From positions 186,001 to 250,000 of the forward strand of contig NW_026948183.1 of the NCBI RefSeq assembly GCF_963921235.1: a DNA stretch of 64,000 nt. The letters run 5' to 3'. Of the stretch, positions 24,845 to 37,637 are shown one piece after another. Each line of letters begins with the position of its first letter. The first letter of the stretch is position 1. Both the position numbers and the translations under genes were made by a program. This DNA comes from Mobula hypostoma. Taxonomy: Eukaryota. The notes under the pieces were generated by a model, which saw nothing but the letters and a program-made list of their open reading frames with translations, ran no database searches and was not told the DNA's origin.

Positions 24845-25335
24845 GGAGTGAGGGGCGGAGTCACCGGGTCACGTGGGAGACCCTCCAGCCGTCACGTGAT
24901 CCCGTGTCTCGCTCCCGTTAAACGCAGATCTGCAGCATTCCGAGGCCCCGCCCCGCCCCGCCCTCACAGTCCCCGGATGGACGCTGGTTTTCTTTCCGTT
25001 CTCTGTTGAAGCGGATGGTCGGCGGGGAGTCGGGGATCGTATCGCTGTCTGCGGGGCAAATAGAGCAAGTTCCCGTCGGTGAGTATTGAGGCCGGTCACC
25101 AGGGTGAACGAGACCGACAATTTCCCATCGGAGAGTACTGAAGCCGATCCCGGGGGGAGCGGGGACCTGCCGTTTGGCGGTGAGTTCCGCTAACTTCCTC
25201 GAACTGGCGGCCTTGTGGTCGGTCCGAGTTGTGGGACCTTCACACGGAACAGCCTGAGATGGGCCGCCGCTCAGCCCCTGGTGCTCTGGTCCCAGGAGCG
25301 GGATGAGGTGGTGATGCCGAGACCGATCACATCCG
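24845..25335 (+). promoter_or_regulatory. Rightward CpG-island promoter and exon 1 of ZF gene 2, with three CG|GTGAGT donors (GT at 25079, 25180, 25336)
   Basis: GC box GGGGCGGAG, twin GTCACGTG E-boxes and consensus donors; paralogous to 52260-52635. Confidence 0.7.
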
Positions 25336-26504
25336 GTGAGTTGTACCTGGGGAACTTTATCTCCATCACACGGCCCGGTCTCGGATCCAAACTTCACCTG
25401 GATCGATAGTTGTTTTACATATTTCCAGCAGACTGCAAGCGGCCGTTCGTCCCGTTGTGTTCTTGCAGACAGCGAGGGTTAAACAGAGTAATAGCACCCT
25501 TGGGTCACTGATCCACGTGTATGAGTAGTTTTATCTTTCCCCGTTCAGACAGGACAGTGAGATCCAGATCTCTCACGTCCTCTCGGGGGACTGGGAAGTT
25601 TATTTCCATTTTCTTCCCATTGCTACGACTTGCCGAAATGCTGACAGTGTTTCCCGATACTTGGCCCGGTTAATGAGAGTATTAAGTCTTGTTCATTTAT
25701 CTGGGTTTTTCACAATTATGTACACTCCCTCCAGAATTTCCAGAGGAGCAACCCAGGCTGTCTAATATTTCCACACGATTAAAATGGGGAATCTTTATTT
25801 TCTTTTACATGTACAGAGGTTGAGTGAAAACCGTGAGTTCTGTATTATCCACACAGATCAATACATTACAGCAGTACATTGAGGTAAAACAATACCAGTG
25901 TAACAAATCATTATGGTTACAGAGAAAGTGCAGTGCAGGTAGATATGTGGTGCTAGATCACATCGATTTAGACTGTGAGGTCAGGAGTCCACTCATCCCG
26001 TTGGGGAACATTCGGTTCTCTTAACAGCAGAATGGACACCGTCCCTGAGCCTGGTGGGATGTTTCTGTTTTACTTTATCTTCGCCCCGATGGGAGGGTGA
26101 GAAGTGAGAATGTTCAGGTTGTGGGGATCTTTCATTAAGTTGGCTGATTTACTGAGGCAGTGGGAAGTGTAGACTGAGTTCATGGAGGGGAGGTTGGTGT
26201 CTATGATGTACTCAGCTGTGTCCACAGTTCTCCGCTATTTCATTCAGTTAAAGGAAAAGCAGTAGCCGGATGAAGGTGTGAAGTACCCGGATGGGATACT
26301 TTCTGCGAAGCATTGATGAAGCTTGTAGAGTGGAAAAGGGCATATACCAAAGTTCTTATTGTTTGTTCTGGCTTTGGTATACTACTGGAATCTGTTAGCT
26401 ACTCGTGAGTACGATTATTTCAGGATCTGTGTTTTGCTGGAGGACCATCAGAGATCGTCCTTGATCCCCTTCTCCCATCTGGCTCCATCTGCTCATCTCC
26501 TGCC

Positions 26505-26680
26505 CATCTTGTTCAATCTCTGTCCAGCCTGTATCTCACCACCTCAATGATATATATCAATCATCTTGTTCAATCTCTGTCCAGCCTGTATCCCATCACC
26601 TCAATGATATATATATATACTATCTTGTTCAACCTCTGCCTAGCCTGTATACAGTACCATTGCTGCAATGATATATTTCA
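26505..26680 (+). repeat. About 58-bp tandem repeat, about 3 copies
   Basis: atcttgttcaatctctgtccagcctgtat...caatgatata repeated; a related array lies at about 60530-60670 and a single copy at about 52975. Confidence 0.8.
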
Positions 26681-29663
26681 GCAATCTCTCTTTCAAACTT
26701 TGTCTTCATTGTGAAGTTTTGTTTTGCATCTTTTCCAGGATTGGGTTTTTGATAGCTGGAGCTACCAGAGGTTTAATTGAATACAGTAAGTGGCAGGGTA
26801 AAAGCAGCCACTTCAATTTAAGTTTCACCGTTACAAAGTAGCTGCAGTGTTAATCTTTGTAATAATGGAGCTCAGAGCATCTGATGTTTGTTATTGCCTT
26901 TTTCGGTTATTTTCGGTGAGCCACTTCCCCCGTTTCCAGGGTAACAGCCCGTCAGAGCTACAGCAAGTGTTGCACTCTGTGGTCACCGCCTCTCAGCATA
27001 GAGACAGTGGCCTCAGGAGCAAATGTAACAGAATGATAGTGGGAGGAAAGGATGCTGTGAGCATTGACTGTATGGAATGTATTACACCAGGGTCAGGATG
27101 AACTGAGAACTAACAAATGGTTTGGGGTGGGGTGGCATTTACAGTTTAGGGTGTTGTTGATATTTTACAATCAGTTACTATCTGTGCATTAAAATGAAGA
27201 GGGAGAGAATACTACAGTTGCAGGAAATTTAAAGTAAGGAGGAGAAAATACTGGAAACACTCAGCAGATCGGCAGCATCTCGGACAGTCTCAGTTCTGAA
27301 ACTGGGTCTTCCACCATTTGTCCTTTCAGAGATGTAGTCTGATGAACTGAGTTCTCAGCATTTTCTACTTTACGATTTTATATTTTGTTCCTGCTACACT
27401 GCAGGAAATATGGCAGCCAGCTGTGCTGGGCGAGATCCCACGCAGCAAGAAGATTGAACTGGCATTCACTGAGACACTGCCGTATATTACCGGCAGCAAA
27501 GAGCCCTGGGAGAGTTGGTGCTTGCGATACAATCTTGGGATGGGGGCTCCAGGAATATGGAACTGGTAGTGTTTGGGCTTCGGTCTACGTTGGTGCTTTT
27601 ACAGATGTGGCTGGATGTTCCTCCTTCCGCAGTGAAGCAGACGTCTCCGGGGGCTGGATATTGGTAGCGTGAATCTCTCAGTGTGAGATGTGGGAAAGAT
27701 GTGCGAGGCTCTTGGTGTGGGCTGTGACACTCAGAGGATGGATTCTGGGATATCACACATGTTTTCACCCAGATAAAATGAATCAGGGGATCAGGTTGTC
27801 CGGGTTTATGAGATATTGAGTGGGTATTTCTGTTCTGTGCTCAGATGTTTGGTTCTGAAGTTCCTTTGGAAGCAAAGCAGGAAATGAGTTTCCATTCCAT
27901 CCCTCACAGGGAGAGGCTGTGATTAAATACGCTGTTGTCTGTTTGCACCAGTAGAGAAAGACAGGGGTTTCAGAATTCAATTGACATTTTGAAATTCCCC
28001 CTCACTGTCACCAGTCTATCTGCTGGTGGGAGTCAAAGAGAAACTAAAGATGCTGAAGATAGAACAGAACATGGAACAGAACATCACAGGAACAGGTGCA
28101 TCGGCCACAATGGTGTGCCAAACCAGATAAAAAGTAAGTCAACCCCCGCCCCTGAAAACTAATGTCTCCTACCTACACAATGTCCACATACTCTCAATCT
28201 TCCTCACACCCATGTGCCTATCTAAACGTCTCTTAAAAGCCTCCAATGTATTTGCTTCCACCACAATAACAGACAGCGCATTCCAAGCATCCACACCTGT
28301 CTGAGTAGAACAACTTACCCTCACATTTCCTTTGCATCCACTCCCTCACACCTTCATTGCATGTCCTCTGGTATTAGACATTTCTAAACAGTGAAAAGAT
28401 TCTCCCTGTCTACTCTATCTATGTCTTTCATAATCTTATAAACCTCTATCTGATCTTCCCTCAGTCCCTACCACTCCATGGAGAACAACCCAAGATTTTC
28501 CACTAAAAACTGGATGATGTTTGAATCCATTCTGACGAAAGGTCAGGAAACCCAATCGCTAACATTTTTCCTTTCCCCACAGATGTTCCTTACCTGCTGA
28601 GTGATTCTAGTGATTCCAGTTTCTCTTTATTACATTCACCCTGAAACATTTTAATTCTCCTGCGAATGGACCAATGCCCCAGCGCTCGTTTTGTGAGAGT
28701 TGATAGAAGAGTAAGGAAACCAGAGCTTTTACCAGTGCATTATCTTGGGAGCAATTGTCCTGTTTTTCCCGGAAATGTATTCAGTATGGTTGTTGCTAAC
28801 AAGGTTCAAGGAATAATCTGAGGAATAAGCTTTATGCACGAGGAGCATTTGATGGTCCTGGGCCTGTGTTCAGTGGAGTTCAGAGGGATGGTGGTTGGAG
28901 TTTGGGGGGGTGAGGTGAGAAGTTAGGTTGGGGGTGATTATTTACACCAACTGAACAACAGCAAATCTGGATGCAGTGGGAATGGAGAGGGTGTCTTGAT
29001 TAGATGGGGAGTCTGGGATCTGAGAGTGCTGCCTCAGAATAAACAGACTTCACTTTAAATTAAAACGGCGATGAGAGCAATTACTTTAGCTAAATGTTGG
29101 TTCATCTGTGGAGTTTGATGCCACAGAGGGTGGTGGAGGCTATCGCTGGGTATATTCATGTTCTGGATTGCTGAATAGGTTGTGTATTATAGCAGGGAAG
29201 CAAGAATACAGTGTTAGAAAAATAGAAAAATAATCCTCCATGATTGATTGTGGAGCAGACTAGAATGACCATATCACCTAATTCTACTCCTATGTATTAT
29301 GACTTGTGTCTTATACCATGACTGAATGCAGATTTCTTTGTATCCTATCACAAAGAAGAGAAAATCTGAAGTTTCTGGAAATCCAAGCAACACACACAAA
29401 GTGCTGGAGGAACTCAGCAGGCCAGGCAGCATCTATGGAAGATAGTAGAGTTGACATACAGATTCTGCCTGGTCTAATGAGTTCCTCCAGCATTTTGTCT
29501 GTGTTCCTTTGAATCCCATGTCAGGCTTTGTAAAGTGTGAGGGGCAGTTACAGATTTCTTTACTCGGATACTTATATATGTGTTCAAAATTTAAATTTCA
29601 ATGAGTTTAATGCTTTGTTCTCCTTTGTATTAGTAAAGTGCTTCATTATCTCTCCGGTTAAAG

Positions 29664-29831
29664 TTAGATCTGGGCTGAGAGATTTATTGGAAGAAAAGCC
29701 CATGACTGGAACAAAACCACAACTGAAGATGAGGGAACAGCAACAATGAAACAGCCCGAGGACTGAGAGCACCAACTGAAGGGAACCCTTCTGAATCACA
29801 GTTTCCATTGATTCACTCAGGAGAAAGTTTG
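29664..29831 (+). other. Probable non-coding 5' UTR exon of ZF gene 2
   Basis: Donor TTG|GTGAGT at 29831/29832. The paralog 55671-55845 has an intact ctctctag| acceptor, mutated here to ccgg with the next AG at 29662-29663. Confidence 0.5.
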
Positions 29832-30599
29832 GTGAGTCTCAGTTACTCAAACGCTAGTCCTTTAGACATTACATTTCTGTACCATGAGAAGTAGGAAATA
29901 GCTGAAGTGAGACATAATAAGCCTAGAAATACCATTTATGCCTCTATCAGACCCAGTTACAATCATTCCAGATCTACTAATGTGCTGTCAGCATCAGCTC
30001 TGTGAAGCCATGCACATTCCCTCATATTGTTTGCTCATTTCAAACATCATTTCTGATGTTTCCTTGCTTGTCTGTGTTAGGTCACAATTATCTCAAAATG
30101 CATTGAGAATTTCCTCCCTTCAGAAGACGCCACAGTTGTTTCCTGCTGTAGTGACTGCAGAAATGTGGAATTACCATGAACTACAGCAACATGTCATTGC
30201 TTCCTCCGTCTATTGCAAGCTGTAATGATATAGTTGCCCTCTAGAATATGATTGAGCAAACCTCTGCAAAGAGCAAACCCTCTTGAAAACAAATGTCCCA
30301 GCACCACATTTCATTCAGTCCTAACTAGCAAATGCTAATCAATAATTTACATTTACAAACCCTGTCGTCATCAAGTACTTTTCTACTAATAAATTGTCAG
30401 AACCTACAGATCTGTGATGAAGCAGAATTAGGTTTTACAATGAAGTTATGTTCCCGTTTGACCCTGTGCCAAAGGCATGGGTTATATCTGTACTTGAGAT
30501 GAACAAATGTTCTTGCAGCCAGGTCCGCTGGAGCTGCCAAGGCTGGTTTAAACTCAGTCATTGTGGGATGGGAACCGGAATGTTTGGTCAGATGATAGA

Positions 30600-32810
30600 A
30601 GAGTTGATATAAAGGTAGATGCAACGTTCAGAGAGACTGTGGAAGGATCGGTTGTGGACAGGGCATCAGGTCGTGAGTTGGAAATGTGTTTAATTCAATA
30701 CAACAAGTATTAAGAATAAAAGTAACTTAGAACATGGATGGTACATGTTATCACCATTACACAGACCTGACTGTTACAAGGGCAGGATTGGTATTTGATG
30801 TTCCAGGTTTTAGTTGTTTCATAATACATATGGGGGGGGGGGGGTGAAAGGGAGAGAATTGTCTTACTAATTAGGGATGGTATCACAGCTACATAAACAG
30901 AGGACATCAATGTGGGTGAAATTCAGAAATAGGAAGGGGGCTATCATTCTGTGAGTATTCTATAGGCCTTCCCCAAAGCCACAGGGATAATGAGAGCAGA
31001 TAACTTGGCAGCGTTGGGAAAGGTGCAGAAGCAACAAGGTTGTTATCTTTGTTGATCTCAACTTTCCTGATGTTGATCCCACCTCCTTGTTCCAAAATGT
31101 GTCAATGGGGCAGTATGTGTTGTGTGTCCAGGAAGGATTCTTGACACAGTATGTGGATGGGCGAACTGGAGGAGTTGCCATACTGTATCTAGTATGAGGC
31201 AATGATGCTGGTCAGGTGACAGATGTCACAATGAGTGACCCTTTTTGAGATAGTGACCACAACACCCCAACTTTTATCATAGTCATGGACAAGGATAGTA
31301 GCAGACGATACAAGGCAGTATTTAATTGTAGGATGGATAGTTACAATGGTATTCAGAGCAACTTGGGAGTGTAAATTGGGAAAACATTTTTAAAGGGAAA
31401 TGCACAATGGAACTGTGAAGGCTGTTTCAGGAACACTTCAATGCAGTTCGAGGTAGATTTGTTCCACAAAAAGTGAAAGAATGTTTATATAAACAAACCG
31501 TGGTTCACAAGAGATGGGACCATTTAAGCAACAGGGAAAAGGACTCATTATTTAGGTTTAGGAAGCAACATTCAAGCAAGGCTCCAGAGAATTATAAGGT
31601 AGCCTGGATGGAGCTTAAGAAGTGACTTAGAAGTCAAAGGGAACTTGAAGTCCTTGGGAAGTAGGATAAAGGAAAGCTCAAGGCGTTCTACATGTGGGTG
31701 AAGAAGAGGAGGGTGAATAGATTGAAGGTAGGACTAGAACTACTCAGGAGCAAAGGTGGAAACGTGCCTGGAGGATGCGGTGATTGGCGAGGTGTTCAAT
31801 GAATGCTTTGCTTCAGAGTTACCAATGAGATGGACCGTGATTGTGATGATAACATAGCAGCATGGAAACGTTAAGAAAGAGATGTTGTTGAATCTACCAA
31901 TATACACCACGTTACCAGAGGAAGTGAGGGGGGAGGTTACGGGGCATTGACAATGATCATTGTATCCTCTCTGGCCACAGGGGTAGTAACACATGATTGG
32001 AGGCTGTCAAATGTTGTTCTGTAATTCAATAAACCCAGTGGGTTTAATCCTGGGGATTATAGACCAATGAGTGTTACATCAGGGGTGGGCCAACCCTTGG
32101 AACGGATACTTGAGGACAGCATTTGGAGAAGCATAATCTTATTATGGTTTGCCATTTTGGCTTTTTGATGGTGGGAGGGTGGGGGAGTGGATGTTGTACG
32201 TTGAACTCCAGTAAAGCCTTTGCCAAGATGCCTCATGACAGCTTGGTCTGGAAGATAAGGTCTCATGCGGTACAGGGAGAGAAAGTTAGACAGATTTAAA
32301 AATTGCCTTGAAGGTAGCAAGCAAAGAGTGGTGGTTGAAGGTTTCTCCTCAGAATGGAGGCAGGTAACTAGTGGTGAACCACAAAACTACAATTTGGGAC
32401 ATTTGATATTTGTTATTTGATAGCAATGATTTGAATGCAAGTGTGCAAGCTTGACCAGTAAGTTCACAGATGACACAAAATTAGTAGATGGTACTCACAG
32501 TGAAGATTATCGTAGTTTATAGGGGATCTAAATGGGCAGAGGAGTGGTAAATAGATTGTAAAACCAACAGGAGCAACAACGTTTTCATGCAGAGGCTGGT
32601 GATGATGTGGTGGGTACAGACAGAGGAAGTGGATGAGGCAGCACAATTGTATAATTCTAGAAGCATTTGGGATGTTTAGATGGTGTGAAGAGGCCAGGAG
32701 GGAAATGGGCCCAACACAGGAAATTGGGACCATCTCTGTGGGCACTGTGGTCAGCATTGTCTCGTTGGGCTGAAGGGTCTGTGTCTGTTATCTATTGCTC
32801 TGTGACTCTA
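30600..32810 (+). mobile_element. Old, heavily decayed CR1 LINE
   Basis: Remnants of the endonuclease region (gatagtgaccac), ggggattatagacca (NYRP-like), ttcacagatgacacaaaa (FADDTK-like) and a CR1-type 3' end. Confidence 0.7.
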
Positions 32811-32985
32811 TCAGTAGGATTCGCCAAATATCACTGTTCAGACATGCAGACGTGGTAACAGTTCACAGGGAATGTTTGGTCCCTAAGTGAACTGCTGCTC
32901 TGATACAGGGGATGGCGATACTGTCACATTTGCAAAGTATTCCTACTCTCTCTGACTCACTGTCTGCTTGTTGTGTGTAATTCAG

Positions 32986-33082
32986 GGCATCACCAGCAGG
33001 TGGAGCTGTCCTGCACCGTGACCAAAGTGTAAACAAGACGACGACAATCAACAATCGTCAGTCAGAATCAGAATGGCTACAG
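32986..33082 (+). other. Probable 97-nt 5' UTR exon of ZF gene 2
   Basis: Branch-like ctgac, acceptor ttcag|, donor CAG|GTACGT. Its ATG gives only MATGYK* if spliced to 37230. Confidence 0.45.
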
Positions 33083-33699
33083 GTACGTTCACTGGGATCT
33101 TTATCATTAAACATCTGCCCTGTTGGTGCGCAATAGGTCAGATGAAGAAACTTACACAGGTGCTAACAGGACAGAGAAAAGTTTCATCAAGCAGTGTCAA
33201 TGATTGCACTGGTAAAGCGGCTTTGTGTAATTGATCAGTCCAACAGTTCCAGCACAGGAACCTGACACCAGTAATGGTCGAATGACTCCGCTCACCAGGC
33301 AAAGCTTCACCTGAGTGAAAAGAGCCGGAGACCCTGAATCAGCAGGTTGAGAGTGAAACACAAGCAGGAATGTGACAATGGTGTTGTTTTAAGTAAAAGT
33401 CCAGGCTCAGGGTTTGTTGCACATCAGAGCCTGTTTAGAGGTGAAAGAGATCTCCAACTTCCATTTATAAAATTCAGAAACAGGTGATAAGAGCATTTCC
33501 GGGATTTCAGATATTGTGTGATGATATAACATTTCAGGTTTTGGCAGGGCAGCTATCAACTCCCCCCTCGATGCGGAAAGTAGATGAGGGGAATTTTCCA
33601 AACTCTGTTTTCTGTAACTGAGCCGAGAACATTGCCAGCCTTGGAAATGGCTGAGGATCAGGAGACACATCATTTCAGTAAACTTGTGGTCTGCTTTGT

Positions 33700-34230
33700 T
33701 GCGTCACTGTCGAGTATGGAGGGGCTACTGCACAGGACCGAAAGAAGCTGCAGAAGATTGTAAATCTAGTCAGCTCTATCTTGGGCACTAGCCTACAAAT
33801 TACCCAGGACATCTTTAGGAAACGGGGTCTCGGAAAGGCAGCGTCCATTATTAAGGACCTCCAGCACCCAGGGCATGCCCTTTTCTCACTGTTACCATCA
33901 GAAAGCAGGTATAGAAGCCCGAAGGCACACACTCAGCGATTCAGGAACAGATTTGTCCCCTCTGCCATCCAATTCCTAAATGGCCACTGAATCTTTGGAC
34001 ACTACCTTACTTTTTTTTTAAATATACAGTCTTTCTGTTTTTGCACTTAAAAAAAAAATCTATTCAATATACATAATTGGTTTACTTGTTTATTTATTAT
34101 TATTGTTATTATTTTAAATTTTATTCATTATTATTTTTTCCTGCTAGATTATGTATTGCATTGAACTGCTGCTGCTAAGTTAACAAATTTCACGTCACAT
34201 GCCGGTGATAATAAACCTGATTCTGATTCT
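33700..34230 (+). mobile_element. Rex/Babar-type LINE 3' end
   Basis: KAASIIKD.QHPGHALFSLLPS..RYRS..FVPSAI motif; aataaa followed by a (ctgatt) tail. Confidence 0.85.
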
Positions 34231-34385
34231 GTTTTAATACCCCGATCCATGTCTGGTCTGTGACCAAATGGTGAACGTGAGTTCTCAATATTTCTCTCTT
34301 GAGATGATCTGCTAACTGAATTTAATTTCCCAGTATCTCTGATGGGAGACCTGGTATAACCAATGACCAACTATCTGTCTCCTGT

Positions 34386-35409
34386 TGTCACAATGGGGCG
34401 TTGGGAACGGACCAAAATGCAAGACACAGACACTGAAGTACAAGGATCTGGACTTGACTAGAGTAGAGATGTGACAGGATTCAGACCAGGAGCAGGGACA
34501 GGAATGCAGACTTGGGCTAGGGAAAGCGGCACCAAGACTAGGAACCATGGACTAGGAGACAAGGCTTGTACTCCGAGCCTGAGACTGGACAAGGACACAG
34601 AACCTGAGTCTTGCCTCGGGCTTGGACCCCAGAACCAGGCAAGGACATGACATGGCTTCAGGACAGGATATGGCTGGGGTCTAGAGGACTGAGCTTGGCT
34701 TGAGGCTGGGGCCTTGGGTCTTGAGCTTGGCTTGAGGCTGGGGCCTTGGGTCTTGAGCTTGGCTTGAGGCTGGGGCCTTGGGTCTTGAGCTTGGCTTGAG
34801 GCTGGGGCCTTTGGTCTTGAGCTTGGCTTGAGGCTGGGGTCTTGGGTCTTGAGCTTGGCTTGCAGGCTGGGAGCTGGGCTGTGGGATCATCGAGGCTTGG
34901 GTTCTCGGAGCTGGGCTGCGGGATTGTCGAGGCTTGGGTTCTCGGAGCTGGGCTGCGGGGTCGTCGAGGCTTGGGTTCTCGGAGCTTGGCTGCGGGATTG
35001 TCGAGGCTAGGGTTCTCGGAGCTTGGCCACGGAAATACCCGGATCCCTACCTAGCTCAGAGTGGCTGATGGCCACTCAGCTGGCCCGGGAAACAGCCAAA
35101 TCCGTACCACAAAGACTACTCTAAAATGAGTGGTAACAAGGCTCCATGAAGTGGTGGTCCTCCAACCAGGCCTAGAGATCACAAATGGTTTCACTTGCCT
35201 TCCATCAGCAGGTTGCTCCAAGGGGGACTGACAAGACAAACCAGCCGCCCACACTCGACCCCAATGCTACTTACATTGCAAGCCCCAAATTCGAATCAGG
35301 TGCCTATGATTAATTTAACCAAACGAGGGACAGCTGAAAGAACCAGAGTCCTGAGTCCACGGACCAGACCATGAACCGGAATGTGGACTTCACAGACCGG
35401 ACCATGACA
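34386..35409. mobile_element. Probable solo LTR with internal minisatellites
   Basis: TGTCA...TGACA termini; no clean target-site duplication seen. Confidence 0.6.
34690..35021. repeat. Adjacent minisatellites: 32-bp unit x about 5.5 (from 34690) and 37-bp unit x 4 (34874-35021)
   Basis: Units tgagcttggcttgaggctggggccttgggtct and ctgggctgcgggattgtcgaggcttgggttctcggag. Confidence 0.92.
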
Positions 35410-35411
35410 TA

Positions 35412-37637
35412 ACCATTACTGGGACTTGGTTGCACCCAACAGTCTGAGGGATTTAGAGGAACAAATTTGTAGAGAGATGGCAGACCATGCCAAGAAACAA
35501 AGGTTGATTCAGTAACTGATTTTAACTTTCCATATATTGACTGGGACTCCCATACTGTAAAAGTAGATGGGGTAGAGTTTGTTAAATGTGCCCTTAATCA
35601 TTGCGTAGAATTCCTGATGCAGAAGTGTGCAATAAGCTGTGAGGAAATAATCCAGGGCTGGTGACAGAAATTAGTGATCATACTGCCATAAATTTCAAAG
35701 TAAATATGGAAAAAGAGAGGTCTGGATCATAGGTTGAGATTCTAAATTGGAGAAAGGACAATTTTGATGGTGTCAGAAAGGATCTGACAAGTGTCGTTTG
35801 GGACAGGCTGTTTTCTGGCAAAGGATTAATTGTAAGAGGGAGGCCTTCAGAAGTGAAATTTTGAGGGTGTCTAGTTTGTATGTGCCTACCAAAATAATAG
35901 TTGAAAGGTAACTGGTGCAGGGTACCTTGGTGTTCAAGAGATATTGAGGCCTCGGATATTTTGTTCCTCTAAATGTCTCAGACTGTTGGGTGCTACCAAG
36001 ACTCATTAATGACTACAATATCATAATTCCACCCCCCGAGCTCATCTGACTTTTCTTTTATTCATCATTTGTAGATATCTAAAAGCTTCCCAATAGTTTT
36101 TGTTATTTTGTTTGCCCTCTCTTTGGCTTCTCATTTCAGCCATGGTTGTGTCCTCCTGCCTTTCCAATGCTTCCAATTCTTTGGGATGTATCGATCACTC
36201 ACCTCCCGAATCGCTCCCAGAAACTCCAGCCATTGCTGCTGCTTGTCACTCCTACCTTTTCCCTTCCAAAAAAGTTTGGCCAGTTTCTCTGTCATAAAAA
36301 ACATGGAGAGGTTCAGTATGGAAACAGGCTATTTGGCCCATCTAGTCAAAGCTGAAAAAAACACATAAGCTGTCTGATGCAACGACCTGCACCAGGACCA
36401 TCGCCTTCAGACCCCTACCATCCAGGCTCCCATCCAAACTTCTTTTAAATGGTGAAACTGAGCTCATATTCACCACTTGTGCTGACATCTCATTCCACAC
36501 TCTCACGACCATTGCAGGAAAGAGCTTTTCCAAATGTTTCCATTAAATTTTCATCTTTCCCACTTACCCATGACCTCTGGTTGTCGTCCCACCCAACCTC
36601 AGTGGAAAAAGCTGCTTGCATTTGCCCTATCTATGCCCTCATAACTTTGTATACTGCTAACAAATCCTCAAAGTAATGTATGATTTCCTTGTTTATGTTT
36701 AGAGCCTTTTTTTAGCTGTACAAGATGATGCTGTGGATTGATCTTGTGGATAGCCAGATTTTTTGTTCCCGGGGCTGAAACGGCTATCACGTGGGGGTAT
36801 AGTTTTAAGGTGCTTGGAGGTAGGTACCGAGGGAATGTCAGGGGTGAGTTTTTCACAATGAGTTTGGTGGGTGCGTGGAATGCACTGCTGGCTATTTGCA
36901 TGAGAGTGTTTCAGTTACTGCGGGGCCAGAATCCCATGCAGCTCAGTGGGAACAGGGAATAATACCAATGGAGAGAGTCAGACTGAGCCAGGTCACAGAT
37001 TGGAGACAGCAGAAATACCCCATTCTTATAGAGACAGGAAGAGCATCAGAGAGTTTGATGGTCATTACAGATACCAGCACTATGCCCAGTTAGAAGATGA
37101 TTTCTCCCTCCAAATTGTGTTGAACCTCACTGTAACAGTGTGATGCCAGATCACACCTTGACAACTCAAGTGATCTCATCTGAAATGTTGTCCTACACCC
37201 ATTGATGGATTTTGTAAATCTTTTTACAGGTTACAAATGACAAGGAATTTGTCTATGGGAATCTCGAACACAATACGCCAATTTTGCTGTCTCTGACCAG
37301 ATATTTAAGAAGTGGAGCAAGGATTCACTCGATCATCCTTCCTGCTCAGACTGTGGGGAGGGATTCACTTGATCATCTGACCGACTGGCATTCTCGTAAT
37401 TTTACACAGGGGGGAACCCATTCATCTGCTTCAGACAGTGGGAATGGATTCAGTCAGTCATCTCATATGAAGGTATATTAGCAAGTTCACACTGGGACAA
37501 GGCCATTCACCTTTTCTGTGTGTGAGAACGGATTCAGTCGGTCTTCCCACCTGTGGACACTCCATTCAGTTCACACTGGGCAGAGGCTGGCCATCTGCTG
37601 AATTTGTGGGGAAGGATTCACTTGGTCATCTGAACTA
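35412..37637 (+). repeat. Intron/exon blocks paralogous to ZF gene 1 (35412-36330 = 8945-9900; 36895-37637 = 11780-12512); acceptor at 37229/37230
   Basis: Direct sequence similarity, including shared old CR1 junctions and the same tttttacag|gtt acceptor. Confidence 0.88.

Larger units (their letters stand above)
21310..30050 (+). repeat. Segmental duplication unit 1 (paralog of about 49600-56060 and, more diverged, about 57200-60700)
   Basis: Collinear shared blocks: 21420-21600=49795-49940=57360-57545; 21635-21730=50985-51078=57712-57785; 26420-26550=52895-53010=60450-60580; 29580-30050=55583-56058. Confidence 0.88.

Noticed and set aside
15426-37230. Existing SCAN-ZF fusion gene via splicing of gag to the ZF gene 2 exon
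   Set aside because: The 5' part of the ZF exon contains stops and frameshifts and other promoters intervene; no open fusion can be built from this sequence.
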